Of a DNA stretch of 64,000 nucleotides, positions 18,405-29,092 are shown one piece after another; the stretch's first letter is position 1, and each line of letters starts with the position of its first letter. The translations under genes and the position numbers were made by a program. Origin of the DNA: a virus. The notes beneath the pieces were generated by a model that saw only the letters and a program-made list of their open reading frames with translations, was not told the origin of the DNA and did no database searches. The DNA lies in IMG/VR virus record IMGVR_UViG_3300012642_000011, positions 256,001 to 320,000 of that record; one strand, 5' to 3'.

Positions 18405-18809
18405 TCAGATGCGGGTGTCAGGGAAGGTGTAGGAGGGGTCAACAAGGGCCTTCATGATCAGTTCCTTAGCAACTCCACCATGATCCTCACCCACAACAGG
18501 GGTCTGATGAAGGATACATTCCGCAATGCCGCGAACGTACTCATCGTAGGCGTTAGTAGGAGCGCCATAAGGGTCTTCGCAAAGACTACCCATCATGTAG
18601 ATCAGACGCTTGCGCTCTGCAAAATCGTCAACGATCTGAATCTTCTCATTGGGGATTCGCAGCGTGCCGATCTTGATGGGAACCTCCACCATGTCGCCAA
18701 TCACCTCCACCTCACCAGTGACAGTGATTTCCTCGCCATTATTCTGGACGATCTTCATGCCGTATCGAAGATCCTTGGGGGAAACAGTAGTCAGATTCCT
18801 GGTCATCAT
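18405..18809 (-). CDS. hypothetical protein 134 aa
   Basis: RBS CAAGGAGTAC before ATGATG. Bidirectional terminator 18343-18400. Confidence 0.7.
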   Translation of the reverse strand: MMTRNLTTVSPKDLRYGMKIVQNNGEEITVTGEVEVIGDMVEVPIKIGTLRIPNEKIQIVDDFAERKRLIYMMGSLCEDPYGAPTNAYDEYVRGIAECILHQTPVVGEDHGGVAKELIMKALVDPSYTFPDTRI

Positions 18810-18995
18810 GTACTCCTTGTCGTGGGGTAGTATTCATTTCCTATCACCATCAGGATACATGATGGAGAGGTGAAAGGCAACCTGCACGAGTTCTTATTTG
18901 TAGAGATGAAGTGGGGACACAGAATTATAACGTGAGGAAAAGCAAACGACCCGCTCTCATCCTCTCGGGAATCAAGCGGGCCGTTTGCTTTTGGA

Positions 18996-19337
18996 TCAGG
19001 CGTGAGCGGCCTTGTAGGCGTCGATCACGTCCTTGGGGAAGCGGCCACGGGTGCCGACCTTGTAGCCGTTCGCCTTGGCCCACTCGCGGACCTTGGCGGC
19101 GTCCTGACCCACCTTCAGGTCGGGGTTGACCTTGTAGGAGCGGACGACGCGGCGGACGGAGTTCTCGATGATCTTGTCGGACTTCTCGATCAGGAACGTC
19201 TCGTCCTTGATCTTCTCCACGGACTTGGAGTTCAGGGGAACCTCGTACACACCCTTGTTGGGGATGCGCACCTGAACCAGCTTGGCACCCATCTGCTTGG
19301 TGATCGCGTCCTGCAGGAAAGCCTGGGTCTTCGTCAT
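18996..19337 (-). CDS. lsr2: Lsr2-like nucleoid-associated protein
   Basis: C-terminal [32 protein letters not shown] is the canonical Lsr2 DNA-binding motif. N-terminal oligomerisation-like domain. Conserved leader/promoter. Confidence 0.85.
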   Translation of the reverse strand: MTKTQAFLQDAITKQMGAKLVQVRIPNKGVYEVPLNSKSVEKIKDETFLIEKSDKIIENSVRRVVRSYKVNPDLKVGQDAAKVREWAKANGYKVGTRGRFPKDVIDAYKAAHA

Positions 19338-19580
19338 GATTTTCTCCTTGATGAGAGTATTTCGGGATTGCTCTGTGTTGCTCTCCCTTGCTGATGAATC
19401 AAATGTACCACAGGGGACGCTCCATGTGCAACATGATTTCCGAAGATCGTGGAACTTTTCTACCCGTGAGAACAAAAGGCAGCATGAAGACCACACACAG
19501 ACAACCCACAGGGGACACAAGATGAGAGCAACAAGAAAGGGTGTGGACGTTTGTATGCGGCCACACCCCTCTTTGATCAA

Positions 19581-20012
19581 TCAAGCCATAGCGATTGGAC
19601 CCCAATTGTCAGGAAGGCGAACCCCTCCACCGATCACCCCGAACGGCTTGCCAAGTTCGGGGATGTGCTCCACGGCAACCAGCGCAATGCAGGCATTTGT
19701 ATACCCATCGAAAGGCTCATCACCGTAAGACGTGCCACCCATGGAGTAGTGAACATAGCCTGTGTCCGCAATCGGACTCTCAGCGCAATCATAAGGGTCT
19801 GCAAGAATAAACAGGCCATCGCTCACAATGTCCACCACAGCATCCCTGTCCTCAGGATCATCAAAAAACTCATCATAATCCCACACATCGAGATCACTCA
19901 TAAGATCATATGAGTGCCGCTCCACAAGAATGCGAACGTCCTCTCGTGTCAGGTCGCTGTTATCCACAGCGGAGTCCAGCGTCCACCCAACACTCACAAA
20001 CGATGCCGACAT
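19581..20012 (-). CDS. hypothetical acidic protein 143 aa
   Basis: RBS AGAGGAGAACC before ATG. Confidence 0.65.
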   Translation of the reverse strand: MSASFVSVGWTLDSAVDNSDLTREDVRILVERHSYDLMSDLDVWDYDEFFDDPEDRDAVVDIVSDGLFILADPYDCAESPIADTGYVHYSMGGTSYGDEPFDGYTNACIALVAVEHIPELGKPFGVIGGGVRLPDNWGPIAMA

Positions 20013-20274
20013 GGTTCTCCTCTTTCTCACAATTTAAACAATAGGGACGTGACACCATGCAGTATCGACGTAAAACAAGGTCTGCATTAGCGCCTCTTGC
20101 ACACAGTACCACGTTCTTCACACATGATCAACTCGAACGTGACACAACATGGGACGCTCCGCAGACCAGCCTCTCGGACAGACGAGAGCAGAGGAATTAT
20201 TTGACAGCAGACATGCACCCCTGATAACGTTCATCCTGTCAACAAGGAACCACGACACAGAGAGGGAAACGATC

Positions 20275-20508
20275 ATGAAGACCATCACGTCGCAGCATGA
20301 CCCCCGTATCACCTACATCGTCGTGGAGGAACCGTTCAAGATCACCCTGATCGACCACAAGCGTCGTCATCACACCGGACTCACCCTGAACATGGCGATC
20401 AAGGCCGCTGAAGATATGCTGTCCTCCGAGCCTATGCTGGCAGCATCTGATGTGCAGTGGTGGATGGATGCGCGAGAAGCCTACATGGACTACGATCTCA
20501 CCGCATGA
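20275..20508 (+). CDS. hypothetical protein 77 aa
   Basis: RBS GAGAGGGAAACGATC. Promoter TTGACA-18-TAACGT upstream. Confidence 0.65.
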   Translation: MKTITSQHDPRITYIVVEEPFKITLIDHKRRHHTGLTLNMAIKAAEDMLSSEPMLAASDVQWWMDAREAYMDYDLTA

Positions 20509-20674
20509 TCAGAGTGTGAGGTGAGATCGTAGTGGTCTGTGGCGAGGGGACACAATTATGCTAACAAAATAGTGGCGTTTTGGTAGATCGGGGACGTGAC
20601 ATGAAGATCATCCGGTGAGATGAACAGGGGGAGGGAGATGGGATCACTCCCATCTCCCTCCCCAGATCACGTTG

Positions 20675-21832
20675 TCAGCGACGGTTCAAGTACGCATTGA
20701 AGGCAAGAGACAGCGGCTTGATGAGAGGACGTGACCACTCGCCGTGAGTCTGCACCACGTCAGCGCCCACAGCCGTCTTGAACATGGTCAGGCCAGAAGT
20801 CTTGCCGTTCGCCTTCAATGATCCCGGCACGCCGATCAGGTCATACCACTTGCACCCATACTTCACGGCGTCAGAGATCATCTCCCACTGAACAGCGCGG
20901 GAAGCGTACATCTTACGATGCTCAGCACTGGAACCGCCGTACAGGTACCACAGAAAATCGCCCTGACGGATCGTGAGCGCTGCAGCAAGCGGAATGTCCT
21001 CGTGGTAAGCGACAATGACCTCAGCGTGGGCGATCTCCGAGCGATCAAAAACTTCAAGGAGACGCTCAAAGTAGGAGACAGGTCGGGGAGTGAACTGCTC
21101 ACGCTCTGCCGTCATCACATAGAGTGCGTGGAAATCATGCACGAGGGACGCTCCACGCTTGATGATCAGACCCTGCTTCAGAGACTTGCGCGTTTCGGAT
21201 CGAGAGGTCTGGTTCATGCGCATGAGGACGCTCTCGGCATCTGACTCAATCGGAATGCGTGCTTGAAACATGGGCTGACCATTACCGAAGTCCTCTTCGA
21301 TAGAAGGCTCCTTGAATCCAGCGCGAACCATGTCTGATTCAATGGAGATCTGGCGATAATCCACATCTGCCTGAAGTTCCATCAGGTGCTCGTACTGGTC
21401 GTCCTTGAGTGCCTTGCGTACCACGTCAGCATCCCAACGTCGGACAGTCTCAGGAAGACCCAGACGGAGTTCGAACGCACCAGTCTTCTTCACGTAGGAA
21501 GTCAGGGCAGGGAGCACATCAGAGATATGCACATCTGCGTTTACTACAGGACCTTCACTGATGTAGGCCAGAGACAGGTTGCCGATCACAGGGATCTTGT
21601 TCACGACAGGAAGCGGGCGGTAGAGGATCAGGGACGCTCCAACCAGAACGTCCTCATGGTAGATGCCTACGGACTCGTTGCGCCACTCGCTCTTGACCTC
21701 ACCCCAGTGTGGGTTCTGCAGGAAGGATGCAGCAGGACGGGTAGACAGATATGCCTCATGCTGATCTGCGGTGATAGCGCGGATCGTGTAGTCCTTGTTT
21801 GCCTTGATTGGCTTGGTTGCGGTAGCGGTCAT
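20675..21832 (-). CDS. FemAB-family / GNAT-fold aminoacyltransferase-like protein 385 aa
   Basis: Length and overall pattern resemble FemABX-type (Acetyltransf_6) proteins. The assignment is not verified. RBS TGAGGAAACT. Hairpin 20624-20664 at the stop. Confidence 0.8.
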   Translation of the reverse strand: MTATATKPIKANKDYTIRAITADQHEAYLSTRPAASFLQNPHWGEVKSEWRNESVGIYHEDVLVGASLILYRPLPVVNKIPVIGNLSLAYISEGPVVNADVHISDVLPALTSYVKKTGAFELRLGLPETVRRWDADVVRKALKDDQYEHLMELQADVDYRQISIESDMVRAGFKEPSIEEDFGNGQPMFQARIPIESDAESVLMRMNQTSRSETRKSLKQGLIIKRGASLVHDFHALYVMTAEREQFTPRPVSYFERLLEVFDRSEIAHAEVIVAYHEDIPLAAALTIRQGDFLWYLYGGSSAEHRKMYASRAVQWEMISDAVKYGCKWYDLIGVPGSLKANGKTSGLTMFKTAVGADVVQTHGEWSRPLIKPLSLAFNAYLNRR

Positions 21833-22029
21833 AGTTTCCTCATGGTTTAATTGTAGAAATGAATAGTTCTTGCCATGATCTTAGCACAATGCTTGCTACG
21901 AGAACAAATGCAAGCGCGTCTTTGTGACAGATTGTTTCGTACTATCCGCTTGGGGACACAAAATAATGTTGCGAGGGAATGAAAAACCCCTGCTGATCTC
22001 CACTCGGGAACCCAGCAGGGGGAGGAGGG

Positions 22030-22187
22030 TCAGTGACCCTGCGCCGCGTTGGCGGCGGCCACGACGGCGAATGGCTCGCCCTCGAAGGAGGTGTGGGTCT
22101 CACCCACCTTCACCGCCACGGCGGCGGAGGCAAGGGCCTCCACGTTGCCGATGGTGATGGCCTTGTTGTTGAGGATGATCTCCATGA
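22030..22187 (-). CDS. small protein 52 aa (MEIILNNKAITIGNVEALASAAVAVKVGETHTSFEGEPFAVVAAANAAQGH)
   Basis: Manual translation. Below the ORF-track cutoff. Conserved promoter/leader 22190-22270. Hairpin 21990-22028. Confidence 0.5.
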
Positions 22188-22445
22188 TGTTCTCCTTGTG
22201 GAGTAGTAGGGATTGCTCTGTGTTGCTCTCCCTGTTGATGACTCAACTCTACCATGGGGGACGCTCCACGTGCAAGTCTCGGCAAGATTATTTTTGAGGA
22301 TGTGTAAGCCGGCATGATGTGTGCAGTTCCGCAGGGGACACAAGAGAGGGCGAAATAATCTTCTGCCCTCATGTTGACTTTCGCCTCTCCTTGCCCTAGG
22401 CTTAGAGAAGAAGCAAGGAAACATTCGACTCACGAAAGAGAGACC

Positions 22446-22742
22446 ATGAAGCGTTCTAAGATGGATCTGGTTGCTGAACTCATCCTGTTCAGGGAAGAGA
22501 ACGGGTTTGAGGAAGATGTGATGTGGAAGCATTACGCTCCCATCCTCCTGAAGCACCTTGCTCTCGGCAATGACCGTGAGTTCCTTACCGCCATGCAGGA
22601 CGCTGTGGAGGCACATCGCTTGCAGTACGGTGTGGGTATCGTCCCGAAGCGACTTGTCGATCTTGAGACTTCCCTGTGGGAGAAGGAAGAGGCTATGCCG
22701 CGTGAGATCGGCCCGCGTGCTCGGCGTATGCAGCGTCAGTGA
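22446..22742 (+). CDS. hypothetical protein 98 aa
   Basis: RBS AAAGAGAGACC. Promoter TTGACT-17-TAGGCT. Confidence 0.7.
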   Translation: MKRSKMDLVAELILFREENGFEEDVMWKHYAPILLKHLALGNDREFLTAMQDAVEAHRLQYGVGIVPKRLVDLETSLWEKEEAMPREIGPRARRMQRQ

Positions 22743-22816
22743 GCATAGACGCTGAAGACCTGACACTAAAACGTCAGGTCTTCAGCGTTTCTGTGTCTCC
22801 CATCATGACGGGACGA

Positions 22817-22825
22817 GGGGACACA
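22817..22825 (+). repeat. GGGGACACA intergenic motif
   Basis: GGGGACACAGTATTCG. Upstream of a rightward gene. Confidence 0.8.
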
Positions 22826-22916
22826 GTATTCGAGAAGAACGCACTTGCTGTTGGGCTTGCTTATGCGCATGATGCCCTGTAGGCTGGGAGCATCCCCGAC
22901 AGCAAGGAATGGAATC

Positions 22917-23120
22917 ATGGCAGTTCAGACGATCACACGTTCGGGCACGATCACCATTGAGCACATTGTCCGAGTGGTCACGAGCGGATCGAACCACGCC
23001 TTTACCACGCCCCCGATGGAAGCATCCCGTGCTCTCCTGTGGGCCGAAGCGGAAAAGCGCGAGTATGGCTATGACAACGTGAAGATCACCTGTGATACGC
23101 ATTGCTGGTGTAAGCACTAA
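22917..23120 (+). CDS. small CxxCWC-motif protein 67 aa
   Basis: RBS GCAAGGAATGGAATC. C-terminal ITCDTHCWCKH shared with 34079..34255. Terminator 23136-23172. Confidence 0.6.
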   Translation: MAVQTITRSGTITIEHIVRVVTSGSNHAFTTPPMEASRALLWAEAEKREYGYDNVKITCDTHCWCKH

Positions 23121-23296
23121 AGGCAAGAAGGGATCAGCGATAGTAGGTAATCCTACTATCGCTGTTTTAATCTCTAGGGGAGGGGACACAACATGAGAGC
23201 AGCACGTATTCGTGTACCAAGTTGCTTTCAGGATGTCGCTGTGATAGTCTGATTCCAGTTGTTCACCAGTACACATCTCACTAAGGAGAGAGAACC

Positions 23297-23770
23297 ATGA
23301 AGATCAATGCCGAGACTCTTGCCAAGATCGATGCTATCGTGAAGGAAGGCATCCCGAAGATCGGCTACGAGGCTGTCATCCCTCTTGATCAGAAAGAGGC
23401 CGTGAACGCCGCTGCTCTGAACCACTGGGAGGATCTGGTCGAGATGCGGCCTGCGTACTTCGACGCTCTGAGCGACGGGTACGAGATCGAGGGATACCTG
23501 AACGGTAACGGTGTGGATCTCAAGAAGGTGATGGACGCGAGCGAGGACGTTGAGTTCGAGTCTGAGATTCTGGGCTGGGCTGGTGAACTGCAGGGTAACG
23601 CCGCTTCCATGACGTTCGCTCAGATGCGCGAGGGCTATTTCCGCGCCATCGTCATGGACTTCGCTCGTGCATGGGAGGCCCTGTACCGCGATGCTGTGGA
23701 GCAGGTCACGGGTGAAGATCACATGGGCGCGGGGGACGGCCTGACGTGGTGGGATGAGGAGCAGGACTGA
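23297..23770 (+). CDS. hypothetical protein 157 aa
   Basis: RBS CTAAGGAGAGAGAACC. Terminator 23783-23818. Confidence 0.75.
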   Translation: MKINAETLAKIDAIVKEGIPKIGYEAVIPLDQKEAVNAAALNHWEDLVEMRPAYFDALSDGYEIEGYLNGNGVDLKKVMDASEDVEFESEILGWAGELQGNAASMTFAQMREGYFRAIVMDFARAWEALYRDAVEQVTGEDHMGAGDGLTWWDEEQD

Positions 23771-23984
23771 TCTTCTGACGTAAGGGAGACGGGAGCAATC
23801 CTGTCTCCCTTACTCTTTGTCGCCATTGGGGACACAAAAATCCTCACACTACCTCTCATTGCTCTTGCCCAACGGGGACGCTCTACCACACAACGATATG
23901 CTGACTGGTGTGCAGTATCTGTTCGCTTTGACATCTGATGGAGAAGGTGTAGAGTAGAAGAAAACGACGATGAGAGGATGGATC

Positions 23985-24230
23985 ATGCGAGAGGTGCTGA
24001 GTGATAAGCCGCGTGTGACGCTCAAGGAAGCGCTGCTGACCACGCCGGGTATCGCTGAAGACATTGTTGAGTCTGTGCGAGATTATGATGATCCCCGCAC
24101 GAGTGATGAGACTCTAGAGGAGATTCAGGCATGGTGGGATCGGATTGGCATTCGAAACGTGATGCATGCACGAGCCGCCAAGGCTGAATTTGAATACCTG
24201 TGGAAGTATGAGCCGGATATGGCGTGGTGA
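23985..24230 (+). CDS. hypothetical protein 81 aa
   Basis: Start chosen at the ATG with GAGAGGA upstream. Alternative ATG at 23970. Confidence 0.6.
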   Translation: MREVLSDKPRVTLKEALLTTPGIAEDIVESVRDYDDPRTSDETLEEIQAWWDRIGIRNVMHARAAKAEFEYLWKYEPDMAW

Positions 24231-24414
24231 TCGGTCGCCCTTCGGGGCTTCGCCGCAAGGGACACAGAAAATAATCTGGTGCGGAAGCAAAAAAATTCCA
24301 CCAAGGGCTTGCATCATGCCGTCAGTTATGCCTATGATGGTTTCAGCAAGCAGCCCACATCCACGAACTCACCATTGATTTGGTGGAGACCATCAGCACT
24401 GAAAGGGACTTCCC

Positions 24415-24660
24415 ATGACGATTGACAAGATGCTCGCCAGCGACCTCTACGAGATGGCCGACGAGGACAACGGCCACGTTGAGGCTCCCACGGGATTCTT
24501 CGCCACTGTGCACATCGATGAGGAGATGCCCGGTCTCAAGCCCGGCCGCTACCTGTTGGTGACGGACAACTACGGTTTCGATTCGATCTACGAGGACTCG
24601 GACGGCCTCCTGTGGGATGAGAGGCTGAAGCAGTACTGCGAGTGGTACGACGAGGACTGA
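24415..24660 (+). CDS. hypothetical acidic protein 81 aa
   Basis: RBS AAAGGGACTTCC. Promoter TTGCAT-18-TATGAT. Terminator 24668-24706. Confidence 0.7.
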   Translation: MTIDKMLASDLYEMADEDNGHVEAPTGFFATVHIDEEMPGLKPGRYLLVTDNYGFDSIYEDSDGLLWDERLKQYCEWYDED

Positions 24661-24841
24661 TCCCGACATGCGCCCACCGATGATGACTCGGTGGGCGCAT
24701 GTTATCGACCAGCGTTCTCTGTAGGCAAAGACCACGATCTATTCCGAGATCGTGAACGCATGTTGAGGCAAGAGGACATAGGGGACACAGAATGCCATAC
24801 AGAGCGGGGAGTGAGTAGCCTGAAAGTTTTCCTTGCACGGC

Positions 24842-24870
24842 TTGACATGATCACCGCCATGTGTAATGAT
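24842..24870 (+). promoter_or_regulatory. sigma70-like promoter TTGACA-17-TAATGA with the conserved leader but a non-conserved spacer
   Basis: Leader TGATTCATCAGGTCGAGGGAACAGCCTAAGACC...CTCAAGGAGAG follows it. Confidence 0.6.
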
Positions 24871-24926
24871 TGATTCATCAGGTCGAGGGAACAGCCTAAG
24901 ACCATCACTCTCAAGGAGAGACTATC

Positions 24927-25361
24927 GTGGATCTTTACGATCAGTACAAGGATGCAGCAGAGGCTATTGACGACGCCGAGTACGGTGTGGCATTCCTCGT
25001 GCAGCCGGATGGTCAGTTCGAGCAGATGGATGAGTCTGCTCACTACAGCCTCCACTGGCATGGTGTGGATGAGCAGGGACGTGACATCCTCAAGGATGAG
25101 GATGATGGTGATGTCACTGACTGGGAGATCGCCACTGGCATGACGGGTCAGTACGGCTACAACGATCCGCTCATGCACGAGTCGGAGTACTTCGGTGAGA
25201 ACCTCCTTGCCAGACTCATGGAAGACCGCACGGAGCCTTTGATGATCGCACTGGCTGTTGTGGGTGACTACTCGGAGGAAGCGTTCGAAAGTGAGGATTC
25301 TGAAGATCTGGGAGAGCCTTTCTCGTGGGTGATCCTCTACCGTGAGCCTGATTCCCTCTGA
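24927..25361 (+). CDS. hypothetical acidic protein 144 aa (GTG start)
   Basis: Conserved leader on the + strand (24868-24923) ending CTCAAGGAGAGACTATC. Promoter 24842-24870. Confidence 0.7.
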   Translation: MDLYDQYKDAAEAIDDAEYGVAFLVQPDGQFEQMDESAHYSLHWHGVDEQGRDILKDEDDGDVTDWEIATGMTGQYGYNDPLMHESEYFGENLLARLMEDRTEPLMIALAVVGDYSEEAFESEDSEDLGEPFSWVILYREPDSL

Positions 25362-25535
25362 TCCGAAGGCAGTTTGTTGACTTGGTGTGATTCAAGTCAA
25401 CAAACTGTCTTTTTGCGCATCGAGAGGGGACACAGTTTTTGTGTGCCTTTCATTCTTTTCCTCACGTTGACATCACGCTTGCTCTCCTGTAGATTTAGTT
25501 CCAACAGGGCAGGACAAATTCCACTCAAGGAGAAC

Positions 25536-25931
25536 ATGATGAGCACGATGACTCGCAAGCAGATGGATCAGAAGGTCTACGATCTTCAGGAGATGCTGAT
25601 CGAAGCAGGTGTCGAGTGTGAGGTGGATCATGTGGACTATGATCATGCCGAGTATGGTATGGCAGTCCTCTTCGGCACCTACACTGGTGAGGCGGAGGAC
25701 GAGGAAATCTACATCAACTTCGGTGGCTCTGATGAGGACGTGGCGAACGGCGACGATCCCACGTGGCAGTTCTACGCCCTGATGCCGCTTGGGGGCGGCA
25801 AGGTAAAGGAGATCTGCGACGTGACGCAGATGGGCGCTGACACCCCGATGAGCGAGGTTCGCGCGTGGGCTTTGAGGCATCTGTGGATCGACAGGGTTCC
25901 GGCGCTGACGGGTGAGTACATCCAGTACTGA
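25536..25931 (+). CDS. hypothetical protein 131 aa
   Basis: RBS CTCAAGGAGAAC. Terminator 25943-25982. Confidence 0.7.
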   Translation: MMSTMTRKQMDQKVYDLQEMLIEAGVECEVDHVDYDHAEYGMAVLFGTYTGEAEDEEIYINFGGSDEDVANGDDPTWQFYALMPLGGGKVKEICDVTQMGADTPMSEVRAWALRHLWIDRVPALTGEYIQY

Positions 25932-26284
25932 TCACGCATAACAGAGACCCTGTAGGGAGAGTTTCCTACAGGGTCTCTTGTGTGCGTAGTAGAGGGGACA
26001 CAAGATCGCCAGTGCCGCGTATGTTCCTGCGATTCAAGCAATGTAGACTGTTTAGACATTTTGTAACCTTAGAGATCATTTGAGTGCAATATGTCTTCAC
26101 CTAGAGGTGATTCTGTTGACACTTTGAAATTCTGACTCGAAGAGCGATTGGACAAATTGCAACCTGCTGCATCCTGTAAGCGAACAACATCTTGCATGCA
26201 TCACACCCATGCTTGCATTCAATGCACGGGTAGTGTACGGTAGGAACTACCAAGCAAGATAACTTCCGAGAAGGAGAGCATGAG

Positions 26285-26578
26285 ATGACTGAGAACATTA
26301 ACGGACTGAACATCAAGGTCTACGACAACGGCGGGCGTACCTTTGATCGGTACACCGTGATCTACGTGGATGAGATCGAGGATAACGGCATGGGCAAGCG
26401 CCTTCCGTTCGGCGTCTTCATGAGCGACGATCCGACGCATCCTCAGGGTGTCTTCATCCGCGATCAGATCGAGGACAGCCCCCGTTTGGGCGATGTGATC
26501 CCGTTTGCCTCACTGCCGAAGAAGTGCCAGAAGTCCGTGTTGGAGGATGTGGAGGAAATCCTCGCCTTCAGCAACTGA
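26285..26578 (+). CDS. hypothetical protein 97 aa
   Basis: RBS GAAGGAGAGCATGAG. Terminator 26587-26635. Confidence 0.7.
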   Translation: MTENINGLNIKVYDNGGRTFDRYTVIYVDEIEDNGMGKRLPFGVFMSDDPTHPQGVFIRDQIEDSPRLGDVIPFASLPKKCQKSVLEDVEEILAFSN

Positions 26579-26733
26579 TGCCACCTAGCAACGCCTGACT
26601 GATTCCCCTTGAGGATGATGTCAGGCGTTGCTGTAGGTCACTTAGGGGACACAATATTTCTCTAAATGCAAAGAGGTTGCAGAAAGCCCGCCGTCCTCCT
26701 GTGTGTGGGGATTCAAGCGGGCCACGTGTGTCA

Positions 26734-26991
26734 TCACATTCCGATGCGGTGATGATACTTGCGCACAGCAGTGATCAGGTGATCAGCGTTTTTCTGGTCG
26801 GACTCTACGATCACGGCGTTTCGCTTGTGATCGCGGAAGATCAGAATCAACTTGCCGTTCTCCTTTGCCTCCACCGTGTACATGCCGTTCTCCGTGACGA
26901 TCAGGCCCTTGTTCTTCCCGATAGTCACTACAGATGATGTCACGATATTGCTGTCGGCAATCTGTCGTGTGGTCTTAGCAATGAGGTTCAC
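26734..26991 (-). CDS. hypothetical protein 85 aa (GTG start)
   Basis: RBS AAGGAGAAC. Promoter TTGCAG-17-TAGAGT at about 27040-27075. Conserved-loop terminator 26683-26728. Confidence 0.6.
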   Translation of the reverse strand: MNLIAKTTRQIADSNIVTSSVVTIGKNKGLIVTENGMYTVEAKENGKLILIFRDHKRNAVIVESDQKNADHLITAVRKYHHRIGM

Positions 26992-27215
26992 TCATGTTCT
27001 CCTTGTTTAGCGGCGTAGAAGGTGTGCCGTGTGTTCAACTGACTACGTTACTCTACACGAAACCTGCTTTGACTGCAAAACTGTGAGAACGTTGAAGAAC
27101 TCACATGGTGATCACAGCGAACTGTTAGCCCCACGACTTGCACCATCATGACTATGTATGCAAGGATGTTGGTACAAGAACTACATAACCCTACTACTTC
27201 AAGGAGAAGAACCTT

Positions 27216-27554
27216 ATGGTTGACACCGTATCCACCAGAGCATTGATCACTTACGATCCCTCAATCGAGCGTGATGTCTACGATGCGTATAAGGAGCACC
27301 GTGCTGACATCAAGGCAGAGCTGCGTCAGGCTAAGTCCAAGGTGATCATGAAGGCTTCTGAACAGCGTAACGAGGCCAGAGAGCGCGTGATGGAGTACGA
27401 CTACCCGTTCCTCGATCACTACACGATCAAGCACATCGTGTCTAAGTTCGAGCCGCTGAAGTCCTCCTACCATGAGCGCATCGAACAGATGACCAAGAAG
27501 GATGAAGACACTGTTCTTCCTCATGATGACAGGCCCCTGTTCTCTGCAGCATGA
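27216..27554 (+). CDS. hypothetical protein 112 aa
   Basis: RBS TTCAAGGAGAAGAACC. Terminator 27567-27602. Confidence 0.7.
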   Translation: MVDTVSTRALITYDPSIERDVYDAYKEHRADIKAELRQAKSKVIMKASEQRNEARERVMEYDYPFLDHYTIKHIVSKFEPLKSSYHERIEQMTKKDEDTVLPHDDRPLFSAA

Positions 27555-27682
27555 TCAAATGAAAGAGACCTGAGATCTATAACCAGATCTCAGGTCTCTT
27601 TCGCTTAAGGGGACGTGACAATCACAACAGGCTGGCGACACGATAAGGGAGCGTCGAAGCCACTGCCTTCAGGCCGCATGCG

Positions 27683-27847
27683 TCAGGGGTTGGGATCACC
27701 GTCAAGAGCATCCATCACCCTGCAAGCAAACTTCCACCAAGTACAGTCAACGTCCTCATCACTAAGACGGGGATCATGACCAGAACGTGCAACAGATCGA
27801 ACGGCGGCAAGGATGCTTTCGTCGCTGGGCGCTTCGTATCTCTCCAT
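27683..27847 (-). CDS. small protein 54 aa (MERYEAPSDESILAAVRSV...)
   Basis: Manual translation. RBS AAAGGAGAGAAAGAAC. Promoter TTGAAT-17-TACAAT upstream. Confidence 0.45.
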   Translation of the reverse strand: MERYEAPSDESILAAVRSVARSGHDPRLSDEDVDCTWWKFACRVMDALDGDPNP

Positions 27848-28193
27848 GTTCTTTCTCTCCTTTGTGTAGAAATGATTCCTCTGCAGTTGATTAATTCAAT
27901 GCTTTTGCAGGTCACAATGATTGTATCATGTCAAGCGCCTGTATTCAATAGGGGACATGACACCAAACGACTTGACGACGCTGCTCTTAACGCGCTGGCA
28001 GTGGAACACCATGCGTATGCTCTCTTAGGCCGTACACGCGATTCTGACGCGATCTCGCAGTTAGACAGCGTAGTTGTGAGCGGGACTCCTGTGATCACCG
28101 GAGAAAGCAACGTGACACCGTGGAGACGAAAAAAGAGGAGTGACGGTACTTGACCATCACTCCTCTTCGAGATTTCTCGCTACTACTTCAGCA

Positions 28194-28622
28194 TCAATGT
28201 GCCTGTGCAGCAGCCTTCATGCGCGACTCCTCCTGACGCCTATGCATATCCTCAAGCGCCGCTGCCTTCTCCTGACGCCTCTGAGCGACTACAGCAGCCT
28301 CAGCATCAGCAGCAGCCTGCGCCTTAGCAACCTTACGATCTGCCTCATCTCTAGCGGCATCAGCGGCTGCGAAAACCTTCGGGAACATGCGACGCTGGAC
28401 GGCCTCCTGATTCGCGCTGAAGTCAGCACCATAACTGGACGCACGGAGGTTCTCGCTCATCACCCCATCAAGGTCAGGTCGGGACGTGGGGATGACCTTC
28501 TGCACGTTTCTCGTTGCGTGAACAAACGCGCTAACAATGATGACACCAACGACAGCCAGAAGGCCGAGGAAGACGTAGCCGACGTAGGGGTGCAGGGTGG
28601 TTCCTGATGCAAGTACAAACAT
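28194..28622 (-). CDS. membrane-anchored Ala-rich protein 142 aa
   Basis: N-terminal TM helix. RBS AGGAAAAACATC. Bidirectional hairpin 28125-28170. Confidence 0.65.
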   Translation of the reverse strand: MFVLASGTTLHPYVGYVFLGLLAVVGVIIVSAFVHATRNVQKVIPTSRPDLDGVMSENLRASSYGADFSANQEAVQRRMFPKVFAAADAARDEADRKVAKAQAAADAEAAVVAQRRQEKAAALEDMHRRQEESRMKAAAQAH

Positions 28623-28723
28623 GATGTTTTTCCTATCTATGCGATGTGTCTAGAACATTGTCATCATAACACACTCTGCATCGAAAAACAACCGATATTC
28701 TGAACTAATTTTCTGAAGCCGAG

Positions 28724-28900
28724 AGATCAGAGGACCAAGTACAGTCCACTTGAGAGCATGGCGAGCACACTGACCATCATCTTGAACATCGTGATCAATA
28801 CGCCAGACTTGTTGAACCCATCCTTCAGGGCGCGCTGAGGGATGGTGAAGATAGCGATCACAGATGCGATCAGGACAACGACAGCGATGAACGTACTCAT
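28724..28900 (-). CDS. small membrane protein 58 aa (MSTFIAVVVLIASVIAIF...)
   Basis: Manual translation. RBS AGAGGAGAGACC. Two hydrophobic segments. Confidence 0.55.
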
Positions 28901-29092
28901 GGTCTCTCCTCTGGGTCGGAAGTGGTCTTGAACTTCTCATGCTATCACACATGTGGGAAGATCACCTCATCCCAAGAACGTGTCGCCTTTAGCATGCGAG
29001 GGGGGACGTGACACTGCAGGTACACCCAACGTGTATCTGACCACTGGTGCGTTTGATAAGATATTCCACAGGAACGTGTTGACAATCAAGAC

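Noticed and set aside
1705-22766. Long six-frame ORFs extending through the conserved leaders, such as 1705..2103, 5236..5538, 7556..7795, 8183..8674, 18996..19580 and 22110..22766
   Set aside because: The extensions translate the conserved leader and promoter (recurring peptide such as ...SGRGNSPRP..LHKE.IM). The true starts are the ATG 6-8 nt after the AAGGAGA element, so I trimmed accordingly.
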